Shown one piece after another: positions 1 through 13,856 of a stretch of DNA of 64,000 nucleotides. The notes below the pieces were generated by a model that searched no databases, was not told where the DNA came from, and was given only the letters and a program-made list of their open reading frames with translations. Numbering within the stretch: the stretch's first letter is position 1; every line of letters starts with the position of its first letter. The translations under genes were made by a program, and so were the position numbers. The stretch lies in NCBI GenBank assembly GCA_964016885.1, contig OZ024745.1, positions 54,064,001-54,128,000 of the forward strand. Direction: 5' to 3'. This stretch comes from Eledone cirrhosa. Its lineage: Eukaryota.

Positions 1-17
1 CACAAAATGAAATTGAG

Positions 18-1300
18 GTGGTTCTAAAAGATGCAATGAAGGACATAACCTTCATACAAAAAGATAAACTGTTTGGTAGCATTTCGGTGCTAATGAACAA
101 CCAGTCAACAGCACAAAAATACTCGGTATCACCCATTGTGTCCCTCCGCTTCACCTTTTTCCCCACATACAGGGGAAAAAGGACACAAAGAATAAAAATA
201 ATGAGTATCACACCAAATGTAAATATTTGGTGGATACTATATGGAATGATTGACTTTGAAGAAGACAAGATAATTTCAATAGGAAAGTCCTCCGGAGGTG
301 TATTTGGTGGGACCAGCGTAGAAGTTCTGATGTAAATGAGCCCAGAACGAATAGCGAATATCCCAAAACGCGTGCCTCTGGACGGGCTAACTTATATAAA
401 CATTTCAGTGGAGGGAAGGCGGCCGTCATGTTACCACTGCTTAAGCAGGGGTCACCTGAGGGCTGCCTGTCCTCAATTAACGAGTAAAAAAAAAGGCTCT
501 CTGCCAACCCCGAACACAACAACACAACCACCACTACCACCACCACCACCACCACCACCACCACAACAACAACAACAACAACAACCACAACAACACGGAA
601 AAATAACAACACAAAACACTGTTCCACCCAACCCCACCCCACCTAAAACAAATACAAAAGCAACCACAACAAAACCCCAAAATATACCCCTCCCCAACAA
701 CACAGAAGAGGACTCCGTATCAACGTCACCCAGTGACGACGAGGGAGAACCCTTTCAACAGGTGAAAAGGAAAAAAAGGCACCACATTAACAAAAATGCT
801 ACAAACACACAACCACCAGCACAAACAGAACAAACATTACAAACAAAAAAACCCACCCCTCCCCAAAACATAACACGTACTACAAAACGCAAACACGCAC
901 AAGAACAACAAACAAAAACAAACACAACACAACAAAAACTCTATACATACATTAACAAGAACAATAAAACTTTGATGAAAGCAATAGAAAATAACCCTTC
1001 GGTGGAAACCGAAGGGATCACTTTCACCTACGCAGCGAACAAACCGCACCTAATGATGATTAGGGTCCCAACGGAAAGCTATGTAACTTTGAAAAAGAAC
1101 CATCCAATGCATGTGGGGACCAACTGCACCAAACCACTTAACCACGTCCTATTGAGATGTTTCCCCACACCCCACCAAACATCATAATCCCACCACACAC
1201 TGATGTCCTCATCTCACCACAAACCACCACCCCACCAAACAACCCATCCAACACCCCCATGGAAATTGTGCAGCCTGGTCCCCAGGAGACGCAGAGGTAA
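18..1300 (+). pseudogene. Tx1-like ORF1 (gag-like, zinc knuckle), disrupted
   Basis: CYHCLSRGHLRAAC = CX2CX4HX4C; P/Q/T-rich linker. In-frame TAA at 333-335 where copy 2 has CAA. C-terminal MEIVQPGPQETQR* (1259-1300) is frameshifted and matches MEIEQPDLQETKR* in copy 2. Confidence 0.85.
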
Positions 1301-1342
1301 GTAATTTCCTTTCCTCTTCCTTTTTAACTCTTCAGCACCAAC

Positions 1343-4300
1343 ATGGCCAATATAAGAGTTGGATGTGTGAATGCACGCGGCCTGGGGATGTCCTGGAAAC
1401 AGGGCAAACTCTTAAATGACCTCAGGTCGCACAGAGTGGATGTAATGGTTATTTGCGAGTCAGGATCAGCAGCGAGCGCCAACTGGCCCTCATCTTCGAT
1501 GACTTTGTGATCTACGCATCTCTCTGTCAGCCGAGAGGTGGGGGTGGGGTTGTCGTTCTGCTGCGAAAATACCTGGGTCTTGCCACACAGAAGGTACACC
1601 TGGACCCGGAGGGTCGACTGGTGGTTTTAGACGTCGGCAGTGGTGAAGGTGGAGCTTTCAGGCTGGTGGCAGCGTATGCCCCATCTGGGACACCGCGACC
1701 GGACTTCTTCCGACGCCTGGAGAATTTCCTAGGAACGTCTCGCTCCTTGCTTTTAGTGGGGGACTGGAATGGTATCCTGGATGCACGTTGGGACTATGTA
1801 GGGGCATGTCCCGATAGAGGAGGGTGTAACAGCCTCAAACGATTAATCGGCCGATTTGATCTGGCCGATAGATATCGACTAGATTTTCCGACTGTGCCAC
1901 TGTGGACGTGGACAAATCGTAGCGGAACATCTAGGTCGTACCTAGATAGGTTCCTAGTTAGAAATAAGGATAGGGACATATTAAGCTGTCCACGAATGTT
2001 CATGGTTGACTATTCGGATCACAAGTTGTTGACCGGAGTGGTCAACCTTGATAGAACTCATAGACAGGGACCCGGTTACGGGAAGCTAAACTTGTCTTTA
2101 CCGACAAACAAAGCTTACAGTAAGCGGATTAGCACACTAGTTAAGCAGCGTTTGACGGGGGCAATTGTCAACAGCAGGTGGTGGGGCTCTCTCAAGAGAG
2201 AAATTAGAATAGAATCGATAGGTTTTAGTCGGGAATTAGCATCAGATAGGAATAGAACTGAAAGGGAATTAACAAATAGAGTAGAAGAGGCGATTAGGAG
2301 TGGCAACGTGGCCGGCGTGTTGGCGTCAAGAACGGCCCTAGACCAGTTCTTTGATGCGAAGCACGAGGGCTGCGTTGTCAGGAGTAAAATACACGCTCTG
2401 GGTAACGAGGGAGCCAAAGCTGTTAGGTGGGCCCGAGTGGCAGAGGCAAAACGTGGAAACAAGTCCACGATTCGGTCTTTGAAGGACCAGGATGGACGCG
2501 TGATCCTTGAACCTGAGCGGATGAGCGCGGCCTTTCAACGGCACTTTGAACGACTGTTCGGGAGGGGCGGCGGACCGGGTGGGGCCATGGACTTCGTGGC
2601 GCGGCTCTCGGACGGGGAGGCGAAGTCCTACGAGAGGCCGATTTCAGCCGCTGAAATAGGGGAAGCGCTGAGCCAATGCGGCAAACGCAAATCTCCGGGT
2701 CTCGATGGTCTACCATACGAACTTTATGTAGCGATGCCGGGCTCGTTCTCCGGTCTCCTCGAGGCGGTCTACTGCAACTGGCAACAGAACGGGAGAATTC
2801 CCAGTTCTGTGACCAAGGGCGTAGTCACGCTGGTGAGGAAGGACGAGAACAAGGGGGATGACATAGATAACTTCAGGCCCATAACTCTGCTAAACACAGA
2901 GTTAAAGATTTTGGCCAAGGTGTTAGCGAAGAGGTTGGCGCTTGTCGCCGGGAACCTGGTGGGAGAAGCGCAGACATGCGCAATCCCGTCCAGGTCCATA
3001 CACGACAACCTCCACCTCATGCGATACATCGTAGAGAGGGTAGGGAACTAACCCGGCTTTGGTGGGTCCCTGATCAACTTGGATCAATCTAAGGCGTTCG
3101 ATAGGGTTGACCATCGGTACCTGGATGCGGTGCTCGCGGCGGCAGGCTTCGGAGCCGTTTTTAGGGGCTGGATTGCTGCAATGCACAGCAGCAACACCTG
3201 CTCGAGGGTCAAGGTGAACGGCTACCTCTCGGAGCCGTTCCAAATCACGCGATCCATCCGACAGGGATGCCCTCTCTCCTCCCTCCTGTATGTGCTGGCT
3301 CTCGAGCCACTACTGCGGAAGCTGGAGCTGTTGCAGGGCATCCCCTTGGAACCGGGATTGCGGAAAGCGGTGTCGGCCTACGCCGATGACGTGACATAAT
3401 GGTGTCGTGCGCCTCGGAAATCGGGCAGATCGGCACCTTACTGGAGGAATATGAAAGGTTCACAGGAGCCAAGCTGAACCGGGACAAGTCCGTCGGTTTG
3501 CAACTCGGGACGTGGAGGGGAAAAATGATGCCCTCCGACGGCATCGTCGGACGCTGGACGGAGGTACCGGTGAAGCTGCTCGGGGTCTGGTTCGGACCGG
3601 ACCTCCAGGTGGATAAAAACTGGGACGAGGTAACGGGCAAGGTGTTTGCACTCGCCCAGAAGTGGGCCGAGTGCAAACTATCCCTGAAAGGTCGAGCGGA
3701 GGTGGCGAACGCTTATATAGCGTCCGTCATCTACTACCGCTTGACCGTCGTGCCTTGCCCAGAGAAAACACTCGCCAAAATGGAGCGCGCGCTCTTCCGA
3801 TTTCTTTGGAATAAGCGAGCTCCTTTGGTGAGAAGATCCATCTGCTGTCAACACCCTTCGAACGGAGAGCTGGGGATGCCGTGGCTGACGATGCGTAGAC
3901 ACGCATTAAGGCTACGGCACCTCCAGGTATTCCTCACCGGTCAGCCGGTGTGGGCCCTGTTTGTGAGGCGAGCCTTTTCGAGACTCGTCTCACTCACCGA
4001 GCTGCAATCCTGGGTCAAGCAAAGACCGAGAAAAGTGGGTGCCTGGCACATTGAATGTGCCCAGGCGCTCACGGCCCTCTGGCAAGCGGATCCGGCAATC
4101 AGTGGAGACTCAACCTCAACATTCTGTAGAGGGTTGGTGCGCAGTAAGTGCGACGACGCTCTCGGAGAGGCTCTGGGCATGGGGGAAGATGAGCTGGCCA
4201 GTCTGTTCGGTAGGACGTTTGACCCGGGACCGATGGACAACTTCCAAAAGTCCCTGGCTTGGCAATGTTACCGAGGAGCTCTACTCGTTCGGGACAAGCT

Positions 4301-4749
4301 CTACAGACACGGGCGCCCGGGTAGGGACCCCTCGAAAAAGATCTGTCCGAGATGCGTGCGTGACGAGGAAACCGTCGCACACGCATTCGTACACTGCCCG
4401 GGCGTTGCTAACCTGTGGGGCTATGTGGAACGACTACTGTCGCGGGTGGGACCAATCCGGTTGACCACCGAGAACATTGTCACGATCAAACCACTTCCCC
4501 TTTTCAAAAACGAAGGAGAGGCGGTTTTCCTCTGTGTGATAGCTATGGCGAAAGAAGTTGTATGGTGGACAAGGTTGAAAGGGCTGAGGTCAGACACCTT
4601 TCTCTCTGGCCAACAACTGGTCTTTTTTTTCAAGTACCACTTTAGAAGAAGGATCAGAATGGAGAGAGAGGTGCAAGTTTTATGAAAGGTGGGTGAAAGT
4701 AGCGAGAATGGCCCAAGTGAATGGGCCTTCTCTCTATATCAGCCTGTAG
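1343..4749 (+). pseudogene. Tx1-like ORF2: APE endonuclease + reverse transcriptase + zinc finger, disrupted
   Basis: ATG at 1343 (MANIRVGCVNARGL); GDWN, SYLDRF, YSDH (APE); KSPGLDG, FRPITLLN, DQSKAFDRV, RQGCPLS, AYADD (RT); CPRC..ETVAHAFVHC. Frameshifts near 1455, 3399 and 4680; stop at 3049-3051. Confidence 0.93.
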
Positions 4750-5320
4750 GTGAGAGAGGAGAAGAATGAGAAGGGGAAGGAAGCACCAACTCTTTGTGCT
4801 CCCGAAGAGGAGGGTTGCACATTTTTTCGGGGGTGTGTGCGACCCATGTCAACGCCCCTCCCTATTGAGGACATCGATTGTTAAATTTAATTTGTTATAT
4901 GTTTTTTACACGTCTTTTTAAATGTATGTAAACTCCCCCCTTTGTATTTGTTCCAATCTTTGATGCCCTGGTGGCAAATAAATAGAAATTTATATCTACT
5001 ACACGGAACTCTCTCTCAACCCCGCTCTCTATATCAATTACCACCAAACTCTCCCCCTCTCTATATCTATATATATCTTTCCCATCTGTCTCTACATAAC
5101 ATGTACATAAATCGCAGCGCATATACAAATAGATATGTGTTTTGGTAGTTTGGTGGGGAGAAATATAATATTGCTACTTTGTACTTTTCAAGATTGTTTT
5201 GCTAATATGGCCACGTACTGTATAGGGCGTTAGAAGTTGATAGTAAGTAGAATTCGCAGATAAATTTACCGCATATACTTTTAGATTTCATTCTTAAATT
5301 TTGAGTTCATTTTCTGAGGC

Positions 5321-5367
<47 letters not shown>

Positions 5368-5465
5368 CACATATATATATATACATGATAAAATTATATT
5401 AGCAGAATCATCTGTTCGTCTTTTTGCCTCACTCGTTTTATATTGACGTACTAAATTATACTGAG

Positions 5466-5796
5466 AAGGCATGTGGTTTAGTGGTTAGAACGTTAATCTC
5501 GCAATCGTAAGGTTGAGAGTTCGAATTTCAGACCAGGCTTTGCGTTGTTCTTGAGCAAAACACTTTATTTTCACGTTGCTCCAGTTTACTCAACTGTAGA
5601 AATGAGTTGCTTCGTCACTGGTGCCAAACTGTATCAGCCATTGTCTTTCTCTTGGACAACATCGGTGACGTGGAGAGGGGAGACCAGCATGCATGGTTGA
5701 CTACTGGTCTTCCACAAACACACCTTGCCTAGACTTGTGTCTCGGACGGGAACTTTCTAAGTGCGAAACCAAAGTAATTCATGATAGAAGGGAGCA
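5466..5796 (+). mobile_element. tRNA-derived SINE (long family B)
   Basis: A-box-like TGGTTTAGTGG and B-box-like GTTCGAATT, followed by TTGAGCAA..CACTTTATTTTCACGTTGCTCCAGT core; reverse-complement relative at 23925-24240. Confidence 0.8.
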
Positions 5797-6889
5797 TCGA
5801 GAAATTATACTAGATTATAATTATGAACACAATCGGAGAGGGAGAGATTAGTTTTAATAAATTTATTCTGCTTTGATCTCTCTTGTTTTTAGAAATTGTG
5901 TTTTGGCATACTGAGCATAGTACAAAACTCTTGCGGCATTTCGTTGTAGAATCCCTACAATAAGTGAGATTGATGAAGTACTAGCAGATCCCATCCGATA
6001 TTTTCTTCATTTTATAGCGTCTCTAATGATATTTTGATAAACAGGAATTCTACTATCTTCAACTAAAGGTCGTTCAGTTGAATGACTTTCATGGAGACAG
6101 TTTTCAATGTTTTTATTTGTTTATTTTCAATCATAAAAGATTTAATTATGACACTTAAACTGAAAAGATTATATTGAAGGCTTTACTTCTCATAAGCACG
6201 TTTTTGTTGCTGTTGCACTATCAACATTACTAGTAATGAATGAAAATCGATATTAAAGTTTAAAGTGACATGAAATAAATTCCCATCTAGATATACTTTT
6301 ATTCATAGAAATATAAATACGTTTATGAAAACATACATGGAGTAAAACAGGTACATTTATAAAGTAGCAAAAATTGAAGTTTGTATTGTTGTTCTGTAGC
6401 CCCAAGTAAGCCAAGATCAAAGTGACATATGATCCAGCATTAACATAATATCTTCCTTTTTTCTAGATATTACTTATCTAAGAATAAATCCTTCAATGTG
6501 TCTTTCTTTTTTTTAAAGGACAGAGTGTGATTTGTGAGGGATTTGGTTGTTATATCTAGCAGATCAAGCAAGTCTTCTATACATCTCTTCTATTTTTCTA
6601 GGCACAAATACAATAAAAGTAATGTACTGTTTGATATACAGATGTGTGTATGAATAGTTGCTGTTGTTTATCTCGAGGTCAGTCCTAATCGAACAGACCT
6701 CTTATCAAAAGCATTACAGTCTTGATCAAACAATATTTCTCTATATCCTATATATCAAAGAATACAATATTTAATGTAACTTTTTATTTCTTTAAATCCC
6801 GATGAGACATGCATGTTTAAATTCTTCCCATGGATCTTAAATATTTTTATCGCATGCGAAATGTTGTTATAATCCCAGAATTCTTTGAC

Positions 6890-7300
6890 AGACTAACATT
6901 TACCATCAGCCGTTGCAATCAACTGATTTAGCGTACTAGGAAAACATGTCTTTAAAACGGAAATTACTTCCTGATCCATAGGCTGTTGTGGAATCAAATT
7001 GTCTTCAGCTGGTATGCACGTTAGGAATGAATCGAGAATTAAATGAAGAGAAGGAACAATGTTCAAAGTCCGAAGTACATTGGTCTCAAAATAATTATTC
7101 TCACAGTAAGCTTTAACAATATGGAAGAAATTTGTGTAATCCAAGCATTTCTAATAGATATTACAGATAGACAAAATCTGGTGTTTCTATGTTCTTGTGT
7201 TGTCCCATATGCATCTTTCTGGCGGCTTGTTCTAAGCCGTCATACAATCTGGGTTCACTATTCTGCAACCCCACTCTTATGCGCGAAATAGCATTCGTCC
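6890..7300 (-). mobile_element. pogo/Tigger-like DDE transposase relic
   Basis: Minus ORF 6893-7144 contains LILDSF and QPMDQEVISVLK, resembling LLLDN / QPMDQGVI of pogo-type DDE_1 transposases. Confidence 0.65.
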
Positions 7301-7358
7301 CACGTATTTGGTTTTTTCCTGTGCATATTTGCTATATATATATATATATATATATATA

Positions 7359-7514
7359 TAACGAAGGAATTGTGGTAAGGAACCAGATGGACCATAACGC
7401 ACCAAATTACTCAATACTTAGGGTAGTAGAGTGGGTAATAGGAACAAGTATAACCCCGACGGCAGAGCTCAAGTCGTTTCGACGGCTATTTCAGTCCAGA
7501 AATAGCCGTCGAAA
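7359..7514 (-). repeat. Dispersed Penelope-associated repeat (family 1) with terminal fold-back
   Basis: Similar sequence at 22837-22917, 49163-49468 and 58904-59094, all within (TA)n. Contains hairpin TTTCGACGGCTATTTC..GAAATAGCCGTCGAAA. Confidence 0.8.
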
Positions 7515-7648
7515 TATATATATAAGTAGAAGGAGTATTTAATTTGTTGGAAATCCGACAAATATAAATATAAATGTTTATAACTGAATTAGAGCACTCA
7601 ATAGATTCCTGGAGTAAATATTCAATGATATTAAATAAATGGAAACTA

Positions 7649-7749
7649 TATCTATAAAACCATATTTATTTTATTATATATATTTCAAGGGTACCAAAAG
7701 ACTTTGGTACGCTTTCTTCAGATAAAATACAAAGTTTGTTTTATAAATA
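7649..7749 (-). ncRNA. Type I hammerhead ribozyme, intact core
   Basis: Minus strand: UAUUUUAU-CUGAAGA-AAGcGUACCAAA(GUCU)UUUGGUACcCUU-GAAA-U(AUAU)A-UA^AUAAAAUA. 8-bp stem I plus 12-bp distal helix; long stem II. Confidence 0.85.
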
Positions 7750-8435
7750 GAGACATACCCAGGAAAATCATACCTTATCAGTTGGATATTCTCTGGATAG
7801 TGGAAATGTATTAGGGATTTTTCAAATGAATATGTAAATAATCGAAAAAAAAACGTTTATTTAAACGACTATGGAGAGAAAGAAGAGAGAAGAGAAGAAG
7901 GAAAAAATAGTGAGAGAGAGAAGAAGGAAAAAAAGTGAAGATGACTAAAAAACTTCTATAACCTTAATTTGAGGGAAATATATTCGGACAATTATCTATG
8001 TATATATGTAAATAAATATCTTAATATTATGTGTATTTATATTAAAAGGATATTTTACGATTATTAGTTGTTTAAAATTTGTTTATAATATAATATTTTT
8101 CATTCGTTTATAAGTAGATAAATTAATAAATAAATAAATAGATGGGTATATTATGTTATAGATAGTTGTTCTAATGAGTTATGAGGGATTTTGTATTTTA
8201 TGTAAATAAATATGTATTTAAAATTAAGAATAACTTAAAATTAAATTAAATTAAATTAAATTAAATTAAATTAACTGAGTTAAGTAAGAATATTTATATT
8301 TATATGATTGAAAAGGGAAGATAAGGAAAAAACTCCGGTTTTAATTATTTATTTGTTAGTGTGAGACTATTTATTCAAAATAAGTATGGATGTTTAAGAT
8401 ACATTTAGCCAGAATCAGTTAGTGGTTATTAATCT

Positions 8436-8610
8436 ATTGAAAAAATATTGAAAAAATATTGAGAAAATATTGAAAAAGTATTGAAAAAATATTGAAAAAA
8501 TATTGAAAAAATATATTGAAAAAATATTGAAAAAAATATTGAAAAAAATATTGAAAAAAATATTGAAAAAAATATTGAAAAAATATTGAAAAAAATATTG
8601 AAAAAAAAAA
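8436..8610. repeat. 11-12 bp minisatellite (ATTGAAAAAAT)n
   Basis: About 14 tandem units visible inside the Penelope remnant. Confidence 0.9.
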
Positions 8611-9439
8611 AAATTTTTTTTTAAATCTTGAGAAAAATTTTGAAAATACTTTTGAGAAAATTTAAAAAAAAATCATTTTAAAATAATTTTTTTTAAGATT
8701 TAAGTAATTTTTAAAGAAATAAAAAATTATTAAAATTAAAATTTTAAAAGATTAGAATTATATACGTATATATTATATGAAAATTTTAAAGAAGTGGAAA
8801 TACAACAAATGTTAGAGATATTATGATTTAGAGATATCAATATATTATCACTAGTTTTAACTGTGCATTTATAGACCACGTTTTATCTAAACACTTATTT
8901 TGTAAAGGACAGTTTGATTTAATTCTACAATTACATTTTGCGGAGTTGTTGTTGCTCGGAACAGTACTATTAGGTTGGATATTGCTAGAATTATTACTGC
9001 TATTTTGGTTATTTTGGTTAGGGTTTAAATTTAAGTTCCTATTATTAATTCTATTTATATTTTGTGCTATGTTCATAGTAGTATAGTAGGATAGTTTTAT
9101 AGTATGTCTGTTAAAGATTGAGTGGTATCTGTGGGCTTTAGGAAAAAAATTATCTAGTGCTTTAAAGAATAGCTTTGCTAAAGGTGTTTTAACGCTTAAT
9201 GAGAATGGGGGTGAACACCAAATAATATTTCTAGTTCTAGTTCTTCTGTTAGTTTTAGAGTTTAAGTTACATTTTTTTTATTATTATTACAATTAATATA
9301 TATATATATATGTGTGTGTGTATGTATATATATATATGTGCGTGTATATATATATATAAATATTATAGGATAAAAGTAGCATACAGTCACCCCCCCCCCC
9401 CCACACACACATAGATATATATATAAAGTGCTCTGGGCT

Positions 9440-9930
9440 ATGCCATGAGGGAAACCATTGTTAATGAACAAGATATCGGCTTTACATTGACACAAAGGAG
9501 AAATAAGCAAAACCCACTAACTGTTATATGCGATACCTATTGCTGGTGACATAGCTTTTTTTTATTTTATCAAATACCATTGATCAGGCCGAAGAACCTA
9601 TGCCAAATTCTCTGCCAGGAAGAAGGTTACCAGCACAGAGTACATGTCACAAATACAAGAAGATGGAAATGTTGTCACACTGGATAGGGGAATACTAAAT
9701 CTAGTGGATGAGTTTCTATATTTGGGCAGCTGGATGAGGACATTGACTTTAGAATATCCAAAGTCTGGGCTGTAATGAACAAAATGGAAAGAATATGAAA
9801 GCCAGATTTACTTAGAAAGATCAAAAAATCATTCTTCAGAACTTCTGTTGAGTCAATGTTGTATGTACCTGGTACATGGACCCGGATACAATAACTTGAG
9901 AAGAAACTAGTTGGTGCATATATACCTCAT
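9440..9930 (+). mobile_element. Highly decayed RTE-like LINE fragment
   Basis: Translates in pieces to VDEFLYLGSW and SFFRTSVESMLY, homologous to VEDFLYLG / LFIAVVESVLLY at 44102-44596. Confidence 0.6.
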
Positions 9931-9940
9931 GTAATGCAAA

Positions 9941-10357
9941 TACTCTTGGGTCCCAAATAATAGGGTGGGTTGGAATAAGTGTGTGTGTGTGTGTGTGTGG
10001 GTGGGTGGTGGGGAATCAGTAATTTTTCTAGGTTTTTCTTCGTTGATTAGTTATGCTATTTAGTTTACATATTTATGTAAGCCATCCTATTTATTTTATA
10101 ACGTATAGCATTTCTAGTGATGTACTTTTTTGTCAGGTCAGGTGTAACGTTTTATGAATGCATTGATTATCACAGAAATACTACCATTAGAAAAAAGACA
10201 ACAAAAACATTTCGCCGGAGATAGATTAGTAAAATTTAATAAGTGTATGCGTGGGGGGTGGGGGTGGGGTGGGGGGTGGGATAAGAACGGGGGCAATGGA
10301 AAAAATCTGAAAAATTAATAAGCAGGGGTGGGGCGATTATTCGGAGACCCGAGAGTA
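9941..10357. mobile_element. MITE / non-autonomous DNA transposon with ~21 bp TIRs, TA ends
   Basis: Left TACTCTTGGGTCCCAAATAAT versus reverse complement of right end TACTCTCGGGTCTCCGAATAAT. Confidence 0.7.
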
Positions 10358-11736
10358 TCATGATGCTAATGCAAGTATGCTTGACTCTGTATTTTATATC
10401 ATCGACTCTGGATGGATGAATGTAAATTTGATTCGGGTGGAATTTGAACATAGAATATCAATATGGATCATACCTCATGTCAAAAGAAAGCAATATTTAC
10501 TTTTCAATTTATGTTTCTGGCAGTTCACGCTGCTTTAGATACATAAAACTGAATTATGAAGGATGTTTTGTTGGAATATTATTACTTGAGCTTTGATGTA
10601 GTGACAACACAGATATGTTTAGGCATGTTGCTAAATTTACGAGTCTTGTGAAATATGTTGATTACCAGTATGTAAATCCAACACTCAACAATTGCATATC
10701 TTTGATATAATAGTTAATAATTGATTCCCCATATATCTTTATGTCCTTCCATACTTTCTCCGTAGTACATATTTCGATACATATATTCATAAACGTTTTA
10801 ATGTGATCACCACTTCTCACCATGCAATTTTGAGTAAATTTTGTTAAATTTTATATTCGTAAATTTGCTTTAAATGCTATACGGCATATTGTTGGAACTT
10901 CATTGGTTACTATAATAAAGTCTTCAGCCTCTTATATTATTTAAAACTAGGTCAATTGTCATCTTATACCCCCCCCCCCTCCAATAACTATGCGTATTAT
11001 ATATATACTCATAAGTGTGACGGACAAATGTCATGGTCTTTTTTTTAAGCCTGTGTTGCGGTGTCTATGTGTTGAAAGACATACAGAAACACACACACAC
11101 ACACGTTTCTTTTCAAAAGAGATAGAAATTAAGAATAGTATATTATAATTTTTATGTTGTGGTTCCCTGAGACATGAAAACTATTTGAAGAGTTCCACAA
11201 TAGTAAAAAGGCTGGGAAACATTGGTTTAGATGAATCAACGATTTCGATGACACTAAAATAATAAAGAAATCTTAGAAATTCCAATTTTAATACATTTTA
11301 ATAAAACATATTGCTTTATTGTTCTTTACCAATTCCATTTTTGCATAAAAGCCACAACTTCGTACAATTTTCATTTAGTCCACTCACATCCTTTTCTTTT
11401 TCTGGCTTCATCTTGAAATATAGAATCACTATTCCTCTTCCGAACGCCAGTTTAGCAACTATAAATTCAAAGAAGTGTTGCTCATATATAACAAGTAGAA
11501 CAACTCAAACTACTTTCCCATTCCACAATTTCAGAACATTAACTAGCACAGACAGCTAGAAGTATTACCAGAAGACAATTTATCTGATGATGCAACGAAA
11601 CTTTCAATATTTATATAAATCTATTGGCTAGGAGAAAGCCACGCAAATGGCCATGTTTCTCTCATTATTTTCTCTAATACTTGCTGGTTCAAGTCGGAGA
11701 GGCGTTCATCAGAGCTTATGAATAATGTATCTTTGC

Positions 11737-13442
<1,706 letters not shown>

Positions 13443-13632
13443 AATAACGGCAGAGGACTTATATTCTCCGTTAGTCATCTTATAATCACTTGACTCTTTC
13501 TCACTATCCGATTTGTCTGTAACACCTGCCGATATCTAAGATAAATGTTTCAATGTTTGCGAAGATTTAGAGGATAACTGAAGAGATTGAAGAACTAAAG
13601 TATTCCAATTGAGGTCACGATAGAGACTCTGC

Positions 13633-13799
13633 TATGTATGTATGTATGTATGTATGTATGTATGTATGTATGTATGTATGTATGTATGTATGTATGTATG
13701 TATGTATGTATGTATGTATGTGTGCATGTATATATGTGTTTGTATATATGTATGTATGCATAATATATATATATATGTATATATGTGCGTGCCTATATG

Positions 13800-13856
<57 letters not shown>
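13633..13856. repeat. (TATG)n and (TC)n microsatellites
   Basis: Directly visible. Confidence 0.95.

Larger units (their letters stand above)
1..4988 (+). mobile_element. L1/Tx1-clade non-LTR retrotransposon, copy 1 (5' end outside window, decayed)
   Basis: ORF1 with CCHC knuckle, then ORF2 with APE, RT and C-terminal zinc-finger motifs. 3' UTR ends GTGGCAAATAAATAGAAA. Colinear with 15218-19750. Confidence 0.93.
7520..9262 (-). mobile_element. Penelope-like element (Neptune-type) 3' remnant
   Basis: Minus strand reads RNIIWCSPPFSLSVKT..FNRHTIKLSY..KCNCRIKSNCPLQNKCLDK then (frameshifted) VYKCTV, the thumb / Cys-linker / GIY-YIG start of Neptune PLEs. AT-rich tail carries a hammerhead motif. 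Confidence 0.8.

Noticed and set aside
1794-4645. Antisense and alternate-frame ORFs within the LINE
   Set aside because: Shadows of GC-rich ORF2 with no recognisable motifs; no independent coding evidence.
8436-8610. Tandem 11-mers as an array system
   Set aside because: No unique spacers; simple slippage minisatellite.
11150-11225. hAT-like terminal fragment
   Set aside because: Too short, and no matching opposite end identified.
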